Shown here piece after piece: positions 1 through 12,680 of a DNA stretch of 64,000 bases. This DNA comes from Bigelowiella natans CCMP2755 (lineage: Eukaryota; Protista; Cercozoa), in contig ADNK01001780.1 of NCBI GenBank assembly GCA_000320545.1, positions 20,440 through 84,439 on the forward strand. Direction: 5' to 3'. A program made the translations under genes and the position numbers. Positions within the stretch are counted from its first letter, which is position 1; each line of letters opens with the position of its first letter. The notes beneath the pieces are model-generated. The model had not been told where the DNA came from, searched no databases, and worked only from the letters and a program-made list of their open reading frames with translations.

Positions 1-1564
1 TACTTGAGAACAGCGCTGCGGTATGCCTTCTTCACTGCATTCATTGAGGACCCCTCCGCCAGCCCAAGAACCTGTCAACCATCGAGGCAAATGAGAAGGG
101 GGGGAAGGTGCCGTGCGTACTCAGCTGTGTGCGTTTCTATTCCAAAATGGGGTCGAGGACGATAATACTAATACTAACAATAACAATAACGATAGTGGTA
201 ATAATAAAAACCATTTTTAATCGAAGAATGATTGCACAAAGGACGAAGACGATGGCGATGAGGAGGATGTTGTGCATGAGTTGGGAAGAAGAACCATGGA
301 AGGCGCATAATGTACTCTCTACTTCGAACACACCACTCAAATGATGCGCGTGCAGAAGTAGAAAGGCAGCGCAGCATCAGCAGCCCCTTCCACCACTCAA
401 TCATGCTGCTGCTGCTGCTACTACTACTACTACTACTACTTCTACTACCACCGCCACTACTAGATAATGATAAATATGATACTCAGTCTCCGAGGCCCAC
501 CACTATAACTACTACCACCTTGAACGCATTGCTCTCCCCCTTTACATCCATGGCCTTTATAAATTCATCCCACAAGGTCCTCCACCCGTTGTGCTGTATG
601 TGCGTGTGCAGCTGCGCCATCACTTGGATAAAGTCCTGCACGGCGGGAGACCGGTAGATATTCTTCAGGTGGTCACGTACCTTGATCGTTTCCTCTAATC
701 GGCGATGTAAAAAAAGGGGGGGGGGGGGGGGGCGCAGGATGAGGGAAGAAAGTATGTTTTTATCCGTGATGACAATGTGTCAAAAGGCATGGCAACGAAA
801 ACGCGCGACTGCCGCTTTGATGAATGGGCGCTACTTCCCTAGCTAGAGCTTTCTTACAGATCAATATCATCATCATCATCATCATCATCATCTTTCATCG
901 TCATCATTATTAGTGGTGGTATCAATCATCACCTCTTCCTAGATCATCATGCGAAATGGTGATTGTAGCATTAAACCACACGAACGACAGGAACAACGCC
1001 AGAATCAAAGCCCTGTCGTCGTCCAAATAACATGAGAAGAGGTGACAATGAACGATCGATGGCGGGGGGGGAGGGGGAGGGAACGAGTGCTAGTAAGTAA
1101 TTCACAGATCCGAAACAAAGAGGCAGCAACGATTTGGGCCCGCAATCTTAGCTAAAATCTCGCGTGATGCAAAATTATGTTGGAGATAGTTTCTTTCTAT
1201 TTCGATGCGCCGTCAGCGCACACACTACCCCTTCAAGAAGTGAACGACAGTCGTTCTGGTGACTCCGCCCCTAGCATAGGACGAAATAGAGCGCGGCTGC
1301 TCGTTTTCTATCTTCCATTGTCTTTTGAGTCGATTATACATAGGAAGTGAGGAGGGGACATGAATGGGTGGTTATTGTTGGGAAAATGGCAAATAAGCAG
1401 AATCTCGAAAAGCAGCATTTCAACCCGACACCCCATCCTCTTCTCGTTTCTGCACGGCGGAGCATATGATTCCAGAGCAATGATATTGAAACTTGATGGG
1501 AAATTGTCCTGCTCATGACGGTATTTGCCTCCGATGACCGATACATCCCGTACAACAGGACATA

Positions 1565-1628
<64 letters not shown>

Positions 1629-2480
1629 TGTTCGTGTTTTCGCTCCTGCGTGGAATGGTGACCGACCGTGTGTACGAGAAAACGTTGATTGGCATTACGA
1701 TGTAGTACACCCATCCCCATCCGGAATCCGCAATCATATTGATTACCTCACCTGCGAGGGGGGAAGTGAAGAATTCGTATGCGGCAACATTAAAAGAGCG
1801 GAGCGCCAGGTCTCACGTTCGGTCATCGCAGAGTAAATCATTTGTGTATTTTCAAATCTCAGTCCTTTTCACACAAATGCATTTTTGAAATCCGTTGTGC
1901 AAGACCATGATTTCGACGTCCATTGCAACAATAGTTTTCCCTACATCTTCATCACTGACCTAGGATGGCAGCTAGGAAGGTCATCGTGAAGGCCCCGCCG
2001 CTCTGAAAGATGGGCGTTCGAGATCAGTAAATCTGCTACGAGAAGATGAAAAGTTGACAAAATTTTGTTGTGTTTGCTGTGTGGTTTTTCCATTGCTACT
2101 GCTCTCTGAGTTCTCCTTGTGATGTTCTAATGATACCCGTCCGTTGTTGCCGACGAGATAGATGCCGATCGCTGTGCCCAATGCACATGGAACAATCAGG
2201 ATGAACGTCTTCAACTCCGGGTCAAGGTACTCTTCAGGTATGGCGCCCGAGATAAGTAAGCGGAGATATACTATGTGAAAGAAGACACATGACGGTGACA
2301 CATGCTGTATTACGCGGAATGGATGAGGGGACCGATCCGATGTAATGTGCTAGGAGAGAGCTAGTGCTCACTGATATTACTCGCGAAAAAGAAGGAACCG
2401 AAAGCCTGCGCCCAGGTTCCACGGGGCTTTTCCTCGTCCTTAGGTTCTGCGATTTAGTTAAACGTGCGTACGATTGACAA

Positions 2481-2512
<32 letters not shown>

Positions 2513-2937
2513 AATTATGATGATGACGATGATGATGACGTCAACGACGACAGTGACCCGTTGCTGTTAACGAGAAACAGGCAAAGGGGAAGCAGCCGTG
2601 TGGAATAATCGAAAAAGAGATCGACCGAAGACTGTGTTGGCCTCATGCACGTAGTCATGTATGTAGAAGAAGTCGCGGACCCAACCGATACCGAACCCCC
2701 CGAAACTTATCAGCCATAGAAAAGCTTGATTTGGCCTCCCCTGTGGTGTTAGCGCCAAATATTACGTTCCGGGGTGTCATCATCGAGGGATGCTTTGCAG
2801 TCTTTTTACACCGACACACCCAAATACTTCGCAAAGGATAATGATTCGTATTGATGTTCCCATACCATATACAGGTGGTGCAGGCCAAACATGCCGAAGG
2901 TCATCCAGAGCAGGTAGGCCGTGCAGATAGACGCCAT
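1..2937 (-). CDS. DNAJC22: DNAJC22/Wurst-like membrane co-chaperone (N-terminal TM2 domain, C-terminal J domain); multi-exon, 3' end runs off the window
   Basis: ATG at 2937. Exon 1 MASICTAYLLWMTFGMFGLHHLYM is joined by a GT-AG intron (2865-2741) to GRPNQAFLWLISFGGFGIGWVRDFFYIHDYVHEAN, a TM2 motif. Internal TM exons include ILIVPCALGTAIGIYLVGNNGR. The J-domain start VLGLAEGSSMNAVKKAYRSAVLKY lies at about 1-72. Several internal exons are only approximately placed. Confidence 0.85.
1569..1631. repeat. Compound (TC)n(TG)n microsatellite in a DNAJC22 intron
   Basis: Directly visible. Confidence 0.95.
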
Positions 2938-3261
2938 TATTCTGTGCAGATCAGTTCACACGTCAGGTCTGACTTCCGGAGATCGCACCACAAATCCGCA
3001 AAAAGCATGCGATTTTATAAGAAAATTATCGCAAATCCTGTGACGCGATTCCGGAACGGCACCGGGCAACATTTTCAGGCAAATCAAGCGCCAAATGATT
3101 CGGAAAAACAAATCATCTTTTGCTTTTTTTTAGATCTACTTTTTTATTTTTTGAATAGGAAGCAGAACGGCCGAAATTCCATGCGGTTTTTAACGAAATA
3201 CACCCGCAAAACAATTGTCGCAAGGAGACATCCATCTTTCTGTTGGTCGACCTCGTTCGTC
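2938..3261. promoter_or_regulatory. Putative bidirectional promoter between DNAJC22 and sulfite oxidase
   Basis: 324-bp gap between two divergent ATGs (2937 minus, 3262 plus). Inferred from geometry only. Confidence 0.5.
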
Positions 3262-4632
3262 ATGGCAGCCGCTCTTCGGGCTGCTCGGAGTTTCCTCCTT
3301 GCACGATTAGCGACGCCTAGACTAATCATTTCTGCAGGGAAAAGGAGGAGGATGATCCCACCTATTATACTTGCAGGCGCCATAACCTCATGGGCTGCGA
3401 CCCACGAAAAGACGAGTGCTAAGCAAGCCTTCCCTGTTTTTACAGAAGAGGATGTCTCAAGGTAATGGTTAACCGCGCGTGTTCAGATGAGCTCGAAAGA
3501 AAGCGAGAGTGGGTCAATCAACACATTTCCTCTTTTTCCCCGCTCTCGATAGGCATGACGGGAAAAGTCACCCGGAGATGTGGGTGAGCTTCCAGGGGCA
3601 CGTCTACGACATTACAGATTTTGTTCGTGAGCATCCTGGGGGAAAGATGATCATCGATGCTGTCGGGGGGCCATTGGAACCATATTGGGGCTACTGGGCC
3701 TATCATCTCAAGGTCAAGAAGCCTAGAGAATGGCTTGCTAAGTTCCGAATTGGGAAGCTTCAGCTGGCTGAAAGCGTGGAGGAGGGGGAGGAGGGAACTA
3801 CGGCTCTTGTAGATCTTGAAACGAATGAGTTGGACTTCTACACCGATGATCCACATCGAGATCAAATGGTCCACGATGTGATCATTGACCGACCTTTCTG
3901 CAGCCAATCGAGGCCTGAAGTGCTCGGGAACGCACGAATAACAAAGGCAGATGACCTCTACGTCAGAAATCACGCTCCAGTACCTCATGTGGACCCCGAC
4001 ACCCACAAGTGAGAGCATTTCACATTTTTTTTCCCTCCCCAGAACAGGAAAGCCCTTGGCATTGGGAAATGCCAGTGGTTTTTGAATGTAATGCAGGCGG
4101 TTTATTCGGCCGTTCTTCGCAATTCCCCGTACCCTATAAATCGGTCGGCAGATGGAGAAATTATTTTATTATTATTATTGTTAATTCCATTTTCTCCTCC
4201 CTCTCCTTCTTCTAACTATCCTGCTACCGACCACTACCCACTGCGCACAGTGCAATGATGATTCGCCCCAGCGGGCTAAGAAGTGGTCTGTACTGCTTGT
4301 AGGATCGCGATAGAAGGGCATGATGGAACCGTATTTGCTGCCGTTGGCCTCGCAGAGATATTCGGACGCAGAGAAGGGAAAAGGGAAAGAGATCAGAGCA
4401 GCAGCAGCAGCAGCAGCAGCAAATACCCACGGGTGGCGTTCGAATCCGTGATCCAATGCGCTGGAAACCGAGCGTCGGAAATGATTGCCTCTCATGAGCG
4501 CAAGGCCCAACCGATCTTCAAGAACCATCCTTTCGAGAAGATTTCCATTGGAATGATGGGGAACGTTGAGTGGAGCGGGTATGTGATGTGCGGTCATGAC
4601 AGGGCTATCGATTTTTAGATGCGTTTGTGCGT

Positions 4633-4664
<32 letters not shown>

Positions 4665-6210
4665 AGAAAATACACCATTATGTAATACACACACATTTTT
4701 TAAATATCACAAATACTACTGTGCAGGGTATTGCTAGCGGATATCTTAGAGGATGTGGTCCCGGGAGTCAGTAAGGTGCTGTGATGCCGTCACAGCAATC
4801 AGCAACCCTATTGGTTGAAGATTCTGTGCCCATACAATCATCATCAACATCGTCATCATTATGATCAATATCCTCTTGCTCTGCACCCTACCCATTATCA
4901 TCATTTCCTCCATCGTTGTCATCATCATTATCATCATCATCATCATCACCGTCATTGTTATGTTGTTGCATGCATGCACGTAGATGCAAGGAATGCACGT
5001 CGTCTTCTCAGGGGTAGACGGATACGAGACGAGCACCCCGATTGAGCGCATATTAGATAGATCCTGCGGGGCTATTCTTGCGGACAAAATAAATGGAAAG
5101 TACGAAGATTTCCAACACGCGTAGCTCACACACACTCACACTCACACTCACACACACGCTCACACCTTCTACTTGAAATGAGCACGTTAATGGACCATTT
5201 GAAACTAGGCCTAGGCGCATCGAAGCCGAGTATGTGTTGATGATGATAGATGTTGCTGCTGATACGATGGGTTGGCTGATCAGACCGCTTCCGCTCGACC
5301 ATGGATATCCGGTTCGCGTATTTCTGCCAGGAATAGCCGGGGCACGAAGGTGATTGGTGATGGTGGCGACGTTGGTGCAAATCCAATAATATTCACTTTC
5401 CACGCCATATTTTATGAACACGCCGCATGTGCTAGGCCAGCAAATCCTCCCGAATATAATCATATGCGATGTTGTCGTCGTATTCTTCTTCTTCGTCACC
5501 CCCCCCCCTTCTCCCCTCCTGTTTCTCCCACCCCCCGATTCAGTGTGAAGTGGCTTCATAACATCCGTTTGTCTCCGCGTGAGTGTGAGTCTACATGGCA
5601 GCGAAACTACTACAAGGAGGCCGGGGGGCGGCAGTCCATTCAGGAACTCCCACACCAATCTCTTATCCTCTCCCATCACCTCCCCGTGGACAAGTCCTCG
5701 ATTGAACTGGGAGGCATCGCCTGGGGGGGGGGGAGCGGTGAACGCGTCTCGAGAGTGGAGGTGTCATTGGACGATGGAGCGACGTGGGTCCCCGCCCGGC
5801 TACAGAATCATGTACAAGATCCATCATATCAGGCGTATTCTTTCTGAGAAGTAAATATGTCTGTTTCTTTGCTATCCACACACACTTAGAGCGGGAAGCC
5901 AGGGAGAGAAGGTGACGAGTGCAAAAGCTCGCTGCAGCAGGGACAGCAGCCGCTTTCAGGCGGCAAACACTGGGGATGGAGCCAATGGCGTGCTTCTGTC
6001 CCATTAGCGAATAATAGCCAGAGTAACAATAACGGCACTTCTACTCAAGCACAGCCCAAGCTCTATGAAGTGATGTGTAGGTCATTCGATAGCAACGGTG
6101 TTTGTCAGCCAAGAGCGCCTTGGAACCCTAAAGGATACCTTTATAACGGATGGCATACAATCCGCCTGCCTGCTACTGCTGCTGCCAATGAGACGTCCAA
6201 ACAATTCTAA
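3262..6210 (+). CDS. SUOX: Sulfite oxidase: mitochondrial-type presequence, cytochrome b5, Moco and dimerisation domains; multi-exon
   Basis: Exon 1 (3262-3461) is an R/A-rich presequence. Exon 2 (3553-4008) has the b5 motif WVSFQGHVYDITDFVREHPGG and YVRNHAPVP. Also present: Moco Cys motif [32 protein letters not shown], and VEVSLDDGATW. The last exon (5890-6210) has HWGWSQW and QPRAPWNPKGYLYNGWH and ends at TAA 6208-6210. Confidence 0.95.
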
Positions 6211-7033
6211 TGGGGTTGGGCTGGTTAGTCTGAAGCACGGGTGTCGATCAGCCTGTCAGCAACAAATCAGCATTAGTTTTCAATATGACAAGCACATGTG
6301 AAAGCTACCGTAATCCATCACCAACTATCTTATGAAGTATACTTCTGCACTATCTCGCTCTATTTACTGATTTTAGGGAATCAGCGGTATTTACAGAATA
6401 AAGGCTTACTTGGCGATGTGAAATGTCTACATGTCTTGAGTACGTCATGATGGCTCTGCCACTGCATTGCTGAATCGCTCCTTGTTAATGGCTGACAGTC
6501 ATCATTACAGTATGTACGTGTGCATGAGACATAGCATCGATCATATATATTTTGCAGGTAGGTAAATCTCATTTATGCTGCATGCATGTGCTCATTGTGC
6601 ATGCAGGGGGCAGCAGCAGTCGGGACGTCAATCGAAGCAGCGTAAGAATGGACAGTAGCGCGTAGCGCAAGTTTGGCTGCCGTTTGGACCTAACGTACTT
6701 GCGTGCTACTTATTATTCTACTAGCTAATGTTGACTGAACAATTCATGACCACGCTGCGTCGCAACGTGACCGTCCGTTCTCACGCACTGCCTGCCTCGC
6801 ATCAAATTTATGATGTTGATCAATGTTGACGATAAACTAGCGTAGCAAGAAGTGCATTGTTAAACGAGTACTGCGAGCATTGTGCTGAGCTATGCAATTT
6901 CTTTAAGCAGAGTTAGTATAGACGCCTGCTACTGCGCACGCGCAATGAGCGAAGACATGCTAGCATGTAAAGGCCACGTGATGACGTTTATATCTCTACG
7001 GTGCGATAAAATGTTCGATGGCTCTCATAGACT

Positions 7034-7143
7034 TTATGCCTTCTTCCTCTTAAAGCTCCAGGTGACTGCGCAAGTGGCTACCAGATCATCATGCTTGTCA
7101 CGCATCTCGGCATCAACCTACCATTATACATATCACACACACG

Positions 7144-7179
<36 letters not shown>

Positions 7180-7849
7180 ATACATAGATGTAAAAATATT
7201 GCATATTAAATCATACAATGAGGACGGTAGAGGATATTCGAATGGTCTTTCGCCTCCCCCTCGCCTGCCATTTGAAGAATCATTCATTGGTACATGCGTC
7301 TTCCTCTCCCACCTTCAATTCCATAGTATCGTCCAGCTTCTTCAATTGCTCAAGAGTTTGCTCTTTGAAAGAACATTTACACCTAATTATAGCCCACGTG
7401 AAAGTTACGTATTTTTGCCTATTCTGTGCATTATCTTTTCATACAAGGACCAACAAAGGGCCGCATGAGGGTGGAATACATACTTACGTTATCTTCCCTC
7501 GGGATTTCTTTTTGTATGAGCAGTCAACGCGAATAGGAATCCCTTTCACTGCAACAAACACACGCGGCAAACATCTGAAGACAACCAACATGAGCAGAAG
7601 AATCTGGTCATCAACCAACCTCCTTTGAGCGTTTGCAGCATGCTCATTGTTGCCAGCCCAGAACACAGCTCTCCCAGATTTGCTAGGGCGATCGCGTGAA
7701 TAGAGGAGAACGGGTTTCGCAGCCAGGGACTGTACACACGGCAGCACACGTGAAAACGAAGAAGCAAGGGGGAATGAAGGGGGGGGACCCAAACATAGTT
7801 GTTCCCATATGCATAATAACTTTTTCACCCAGCTCGTAATGCTCAATTT

Positions 7850-7886
<37 letters not shown>

Positions 7887-8722
7887 ATTTTTGAAGGGAG
7901 AGAGGGAGGCACAATATGGCTTGGAATCCATGTAAACGAACGATTCTTTTAAATCCCGGATTCATTCACATGAGCACTGATGTGTATTGTTATTCTCACC
8001 GATCCATCATGCTCACAGTGACACTGTAATCTGTGAATTCCTCAACATGTGCAGAGATGCTTGCGGAGTACGGTGCCGCAAATCCTATCAGAGACGAGAA
8101 TACAGTCTTGCCGAAAGGAAGGCCCTAATATTGTGTTTGTTGAATATATTCATGGTCTTTTCCTCCCTTCAAAGAAATACCGTGGCACAAAATGTCGCAC
8201 AACTAACTTCTTTCTCAGTTCATTTGAATAGCACAATTCCACACCTCACAAAACTTGAAGATGTTGCTGTAGCGTTTAAAATGTTTTGGTCCTTTTGAAA
8301 AAAAGGCGATAGCTGCAGGGACAATAGCAATCAAGAACCCCTAAGAGATAACGACATATTGTTGTTATTGTTGTTTGTAGTGATGCAACTACTCCCAAGT
8401 GTTTCGGACGCAGATGATGCGCCGCCGCACTCGCAGTCAAGGATGCGACAAGAACAACTAACTAACTAAATCGCGACGCTCGCAAAATTCCAAATTAAGC
8501 CAGCGACGTGTTGTAAAGCTACGGCGGGGATCAGATGGGCAAGGAGTTTTACAATGCTTTTTCTTCTTACTAGTAACTGCGTGAGGAAATGCGGGATCGC
8601 AACAAATGGGTAGACCAAATAGCCGATAAAGTGATCCTGAAAAGAAGGAGAGGGTAGAATTGTCGAGTAAAAAGAGTGCTCTCTTGTATGTTCGAGTTTG
8701 CAACTGCGGCTCTTACTTTCAT
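7034..8722 (-). CDS. PaaI/DUF4442-like hotdog-fold thioesterase with a hydrophobic N-terminal extension; multi-exon
   Basis: Spliced model: MK|DHFIGYLVYPFVAIPHFLTQLL|LVVLVASLTASAAAHHLRPKHLG|GFLIAIVPAAIAFF...KFCE|GLPFGKTVFSSLIGFAAPYSASI...WLRNPFSSIHAIALANLGELCSGLA...KGIPIRVDCSYKKKSRGKIT...VDAEMRDKHDDLVATCAVTWSFKRKKA*. The N-x(3)-S-IHAIALANLGE motif is typical of this family. Stop at 7034-7036. Confidence 0.85.
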
Positions 8723-9568
8723 TGGAGATTCGGGCGGGGGGGATCAACGAGGGAGACACTTCGGCTGTCTTTCCGATGATTTAAGTAGATGCTCAGGAAT
8801 GTGTTACTGCGACAACCATATAGACGATGTCGCAGTATGATTTCGTAGGTGTTCGCTGGGATGCGTTGTCGTACGACAATTTTCGCAGACGTTTTATGAT
8901 GTAAATGCAAGGGATTTCCTGATTTCCAGGATTTCCTGATCTCCAGGATTTCTTCTCCCACCAACCCAACCGAGTGCCCCTAAATGGGAAGTCAATCCTG
9001 TGGAATCGCTGCACTCATTCACTTATTCATTCATTCAGTAACACAAGCTTGATTCCGTTCCTCTTCATTGCCAAATGACAAATGTAAGGAGCTAACGTGG
9101 AACAGCCCGCGATGGCGTACAGAGACACGTCTAGATGCAGACGTAACACACATGCTTGCAGTGCCTGTTGCTTCATTTTAGCTGAGACAGAAGAATGAAT
9201 GGCAACAATGTGCGAAAACATGACACACAATCGAGTGGGCTTGTCTATCGTTTCAATTCATTCATTTCTACCGATGTAATGCAAACAACAAAGTATGCGC
9301 AAAACATGCGTCATTCACATGATGCACTGCCTGCAAATGGCCAAATGAATTATAAAATGACTAGATGATGATTGAGCATGAATGCTGCTTAGAACACACT
9401 AATTAGTTGGAAGCATTTAATATGTAATAGTACGTGTGCTTTACGGCGGGATCATAGCTCTAAACGCGCACGGTGCATGTTTAGGTCTAGAGGTGATGGA
9501 TGGGCAGAAAGCCCGTCTTCACTATGTTTAAGGTCGATATTCCTACTCCCTTTATTCTCATTTTAACA

Positions 9569-10723
9569 TTAAAGCACCATGCACGCAACAAGGCGAGTAG
9601 TACAGGCTGCCGCTCGGAAGACGAATCCTGAATGAAAACAGATCATCATACATGAAGAAATGAATGGAGGAAGAAAGAAAGAAGAAGGCGAAGCGTTCGT
9701 AATCTATCTGAAGAAGAATGTTGACACAAACACTGTTACCTGGGAGAAACAGAAGGGTCACGTACCAGGGCTGAATATTAATTCGGACGAAGGATGAGAT
9801 ATTATTACGAATTTCCACTTTCAATGTGGACAAATGATAAACTACAATAGATATATAACCTCTATTTTCGGTGTAAATGCGTGTTGCATGCATGTTTACT
9901 TTGATATCGCACTAAACTCACAACTAGCATAACACACACATACACTAAGATACCATGTCTACAATGATAGCCAGAAGCATCGCCTCGTAACATATACAAC
10001 CGAAAGCCAGGCCCTGTAGAATAAAGACAAACACCACGATTGTTGGTAATTCTACTCAGATCATACTAATCCTCCCTGATCACAAACAAAGAATGGTTTA
10101 ACACTTAAAAAAAAAAAAAAAAGGCGCTGGGACTTATCATCGAGAGAGAGGGAAAAGAAATCACAATATGGATATTCCGAGGCTTCTAATTTGCCCATAT
10201 ATGTATTGTATGTGTGCTTGTGTGTGTATATATGTGTGTTTTCATAGAAAGGAAGGACGAGAGGCAATTTGTAAAAAGTAGCATTTTACAGCTTCTAATA
10301 CGCAATAATAGGGTGATTGTAATAAGGAAAACTGTAATCACCAATTTCGACCCTAGATAGAGCCGCACAAGCGCAAATTCGCCTCCCATTTTCTTCTGAA
10401 GATACGATTGTGCAGTTTGCACACAAATATCACGCGAAGTGTAAGTCCACAATACGAATGGAAATTATCTAACAAGAGGGAGCAGCAAAGTTGTGTTGAA
10501 CTGCAGAAGGAAGGAGCAACCTGGTGTCTTTTCAACACTTCGCCAAAGTACATAACGACCCCATGAGCCAGGATCTACGATATAGGTGGTAGTTTGCGTT
10601 TAAAGGTGAGTACCGTTAGTCGTCTCAGATTATTGGACTATGAGTGGTACGTATACCTCTACGATGAAAATGCAGGATAAAAGCCCTAGTTCTGAGGTAA
10701 ACGATATCAAATTATTCACACAT

Positions 10724-10759
<36 letters not shown>

Positions 10760-11480
10760 ACATGCTTGTTGGAGGACAGGTGAACATACAAGCGAATGAA
10801 AGAAGATTCTTACTGAAAATGGGGTTGTGCATGCACATCGCTGCCTTGTATAACGCCAGACTAGATGATATTCGATCAATGACCATGTCGAGGTAGTATC
10901 CAAGCTGTAGAAACATGAAATGAGCATCATCCTTTAGCATGTAGTCGTTTTTCGACTCAACAGCAACCCTCGCACATGTTTCTAACGTAAAACCTTAGAG
11001 CATTGGTTGAAATATCTGGCTGCCTCTCCATCAATCGCATCTAGAAGGTAGCTACGAAAATCATGGGGTCAAAAACTCAGCTGAAGATACAACAAATCGT
11101 TTGTGGAGATACATACCTTACGGAGTACCATGTAACGAAGTGCCAGTCACTTTCTGCATTGCCGTACATGGCGTAAACTAAAGAGACGACTCGCAAATAA
11201 TCGATGATATTGGGAACATATAGAAATTCCACTGCCTTCGGAGGCCAACTAATCGTGAAACAACAGGAGTACGTCAGCCACGTAGCACAAACTCCCTCTT
11301 CCAATCCAGCACCATCACTCCACTCGCAACACAACAAACACTCGCTTGTCTCTTTGTATTAGCCGATCTTCTAAGTGATATACGCGAACTCAAAGCGATT
11401 GGCTGGAACTGTTCAATGTGCCATGATAGGGAGAGAGCTAGAAATTTCTACCTTGGTTCCAGGGCCGACTTGGGTGCCAT
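9569..11480 (-). CDS. CDP-alcohol phosphatidyltransferase, phosphatidylinositol-synthase-like; multi-exon, 3' end approximate
   Basis: ATG 11480. Spliced sequence MAPKSALEPSWPPKAVEFLYVPNIIDYLRV...SYLLDAIDGEAARYFNQCSK|LGYYLDMVIDRISS carries the complete DxxDGxxAR...G...D...D motif. Later exons are LVRLYLGSKL, GLAFGCICYEAMLL and PGFVFRAAACTTRLVACM. The last exon is not resolved. Confidence 0.85.
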
Positions 11481-11998
11481 GGCGCTCGAACCCTAGTTTC
11501 GGCTGATGACGTATGAGGAACGCATTTCTGAATTTCGAATTTCGTCTTGCTGAGCATCTTCAACGAAGGCGATTTTACCTACAAAAAGTCAAACTTTCGA
11601 TTTGTCTCTCATCCGAATTACGCGGGGTTCCAGACTTGGTGTTTGTTAAAATAAAAAGTCGCCCTCTTCAACGGTCAGAAATCCGGAGCTTCAAGAAAGA
11701 GCGCTGGGAAATCACTCCGATGCGACGGAGAAATATAGTGTAACATATATGTGCGACAATGTAAAAGACTCAAAAATTCGGAAATTTAGATAAAATATTG
11801 GGTATTCGAGCGCAGATCTGGCATATTTAGGTCTTTACACAAGCCGTGCGTTGGAGCAGTCCGGGTTACCAAATTGCCATCGAACAGAAATTGAATGCTA
11901 ATACGAAATAACGACACAGAAATTATCGTGTCGCTTATTCGAATTTCCTCGTTCTCATCCAAAAAAATAGTGTCTTCGGCTGAAACTGCAAAAGTCGA

Positions 11999-12595
11999 AT
12001 GGAGAACCGCCAGCCCTCCAATAAGCCCTCTCAAGGGTCCGTTTACACCTACCCTTTTCATTTTAGAATCGACAAATCATATAGTAAAGTATTCATCTGG
12101 ATTATAGCGAGATTGTTTAGAGGAATCGGGCAGAATCGATTGCTTGCGAGCGTGTTTTCCCATTCATGTGCAGAAGGACACAAAAAACTATAGCATTGTA
12201 AATGCGTAAAAACAACCACCATCGCCCATCGCATTCGTGTTAATTAAATGGGAAATATTAAAATACTACTGTCTTGAGAATTGCTAACTCCTCATGACAT
12301 CGCAACTATCAGGCCATCACTGTCAAAGCATGGCAAACCAAAGAAGTGGAAGCTCTCCGATTTCGAAATAGGACGACCTCTAGGAAGGTGCGAAGGGATT
12401 CGGAATACGTGAACATATATATATTTTGCCTAACAAGTGCTTATTCCAGGGGAAAGTTTGGAAATGTTTATCTGGCCAGGGAAAGAAAAACCAAGTTTAT
12501 TCTTGCATTGAAGGTCAGCCTTCAGGAATCATTTTTTACTCATTTATCTGCGCAACTCCTCCTCGCGCTTATGTATATACATACATACATACATA

Positions 12596-12680
<85 letters not shown>

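Noticed and set aside
5845-5847. In-frame TGA followed by a GT donor in sulfite oxidase (possible readthrough or selenocysteine), or alternatively a GC-AG intron
   Set aside because: A normal phase-0 GT donor (CAT|gtacaa, about 5811) joins cleanly to the acceptor at 5889, so no recoding is needed.
7484-7560. KGIPIRVDCSYKKK looked like an RRM beta-strand
   Set aside because: It splices in frame into the hotdog thioesterase, where it matches the expected strand.
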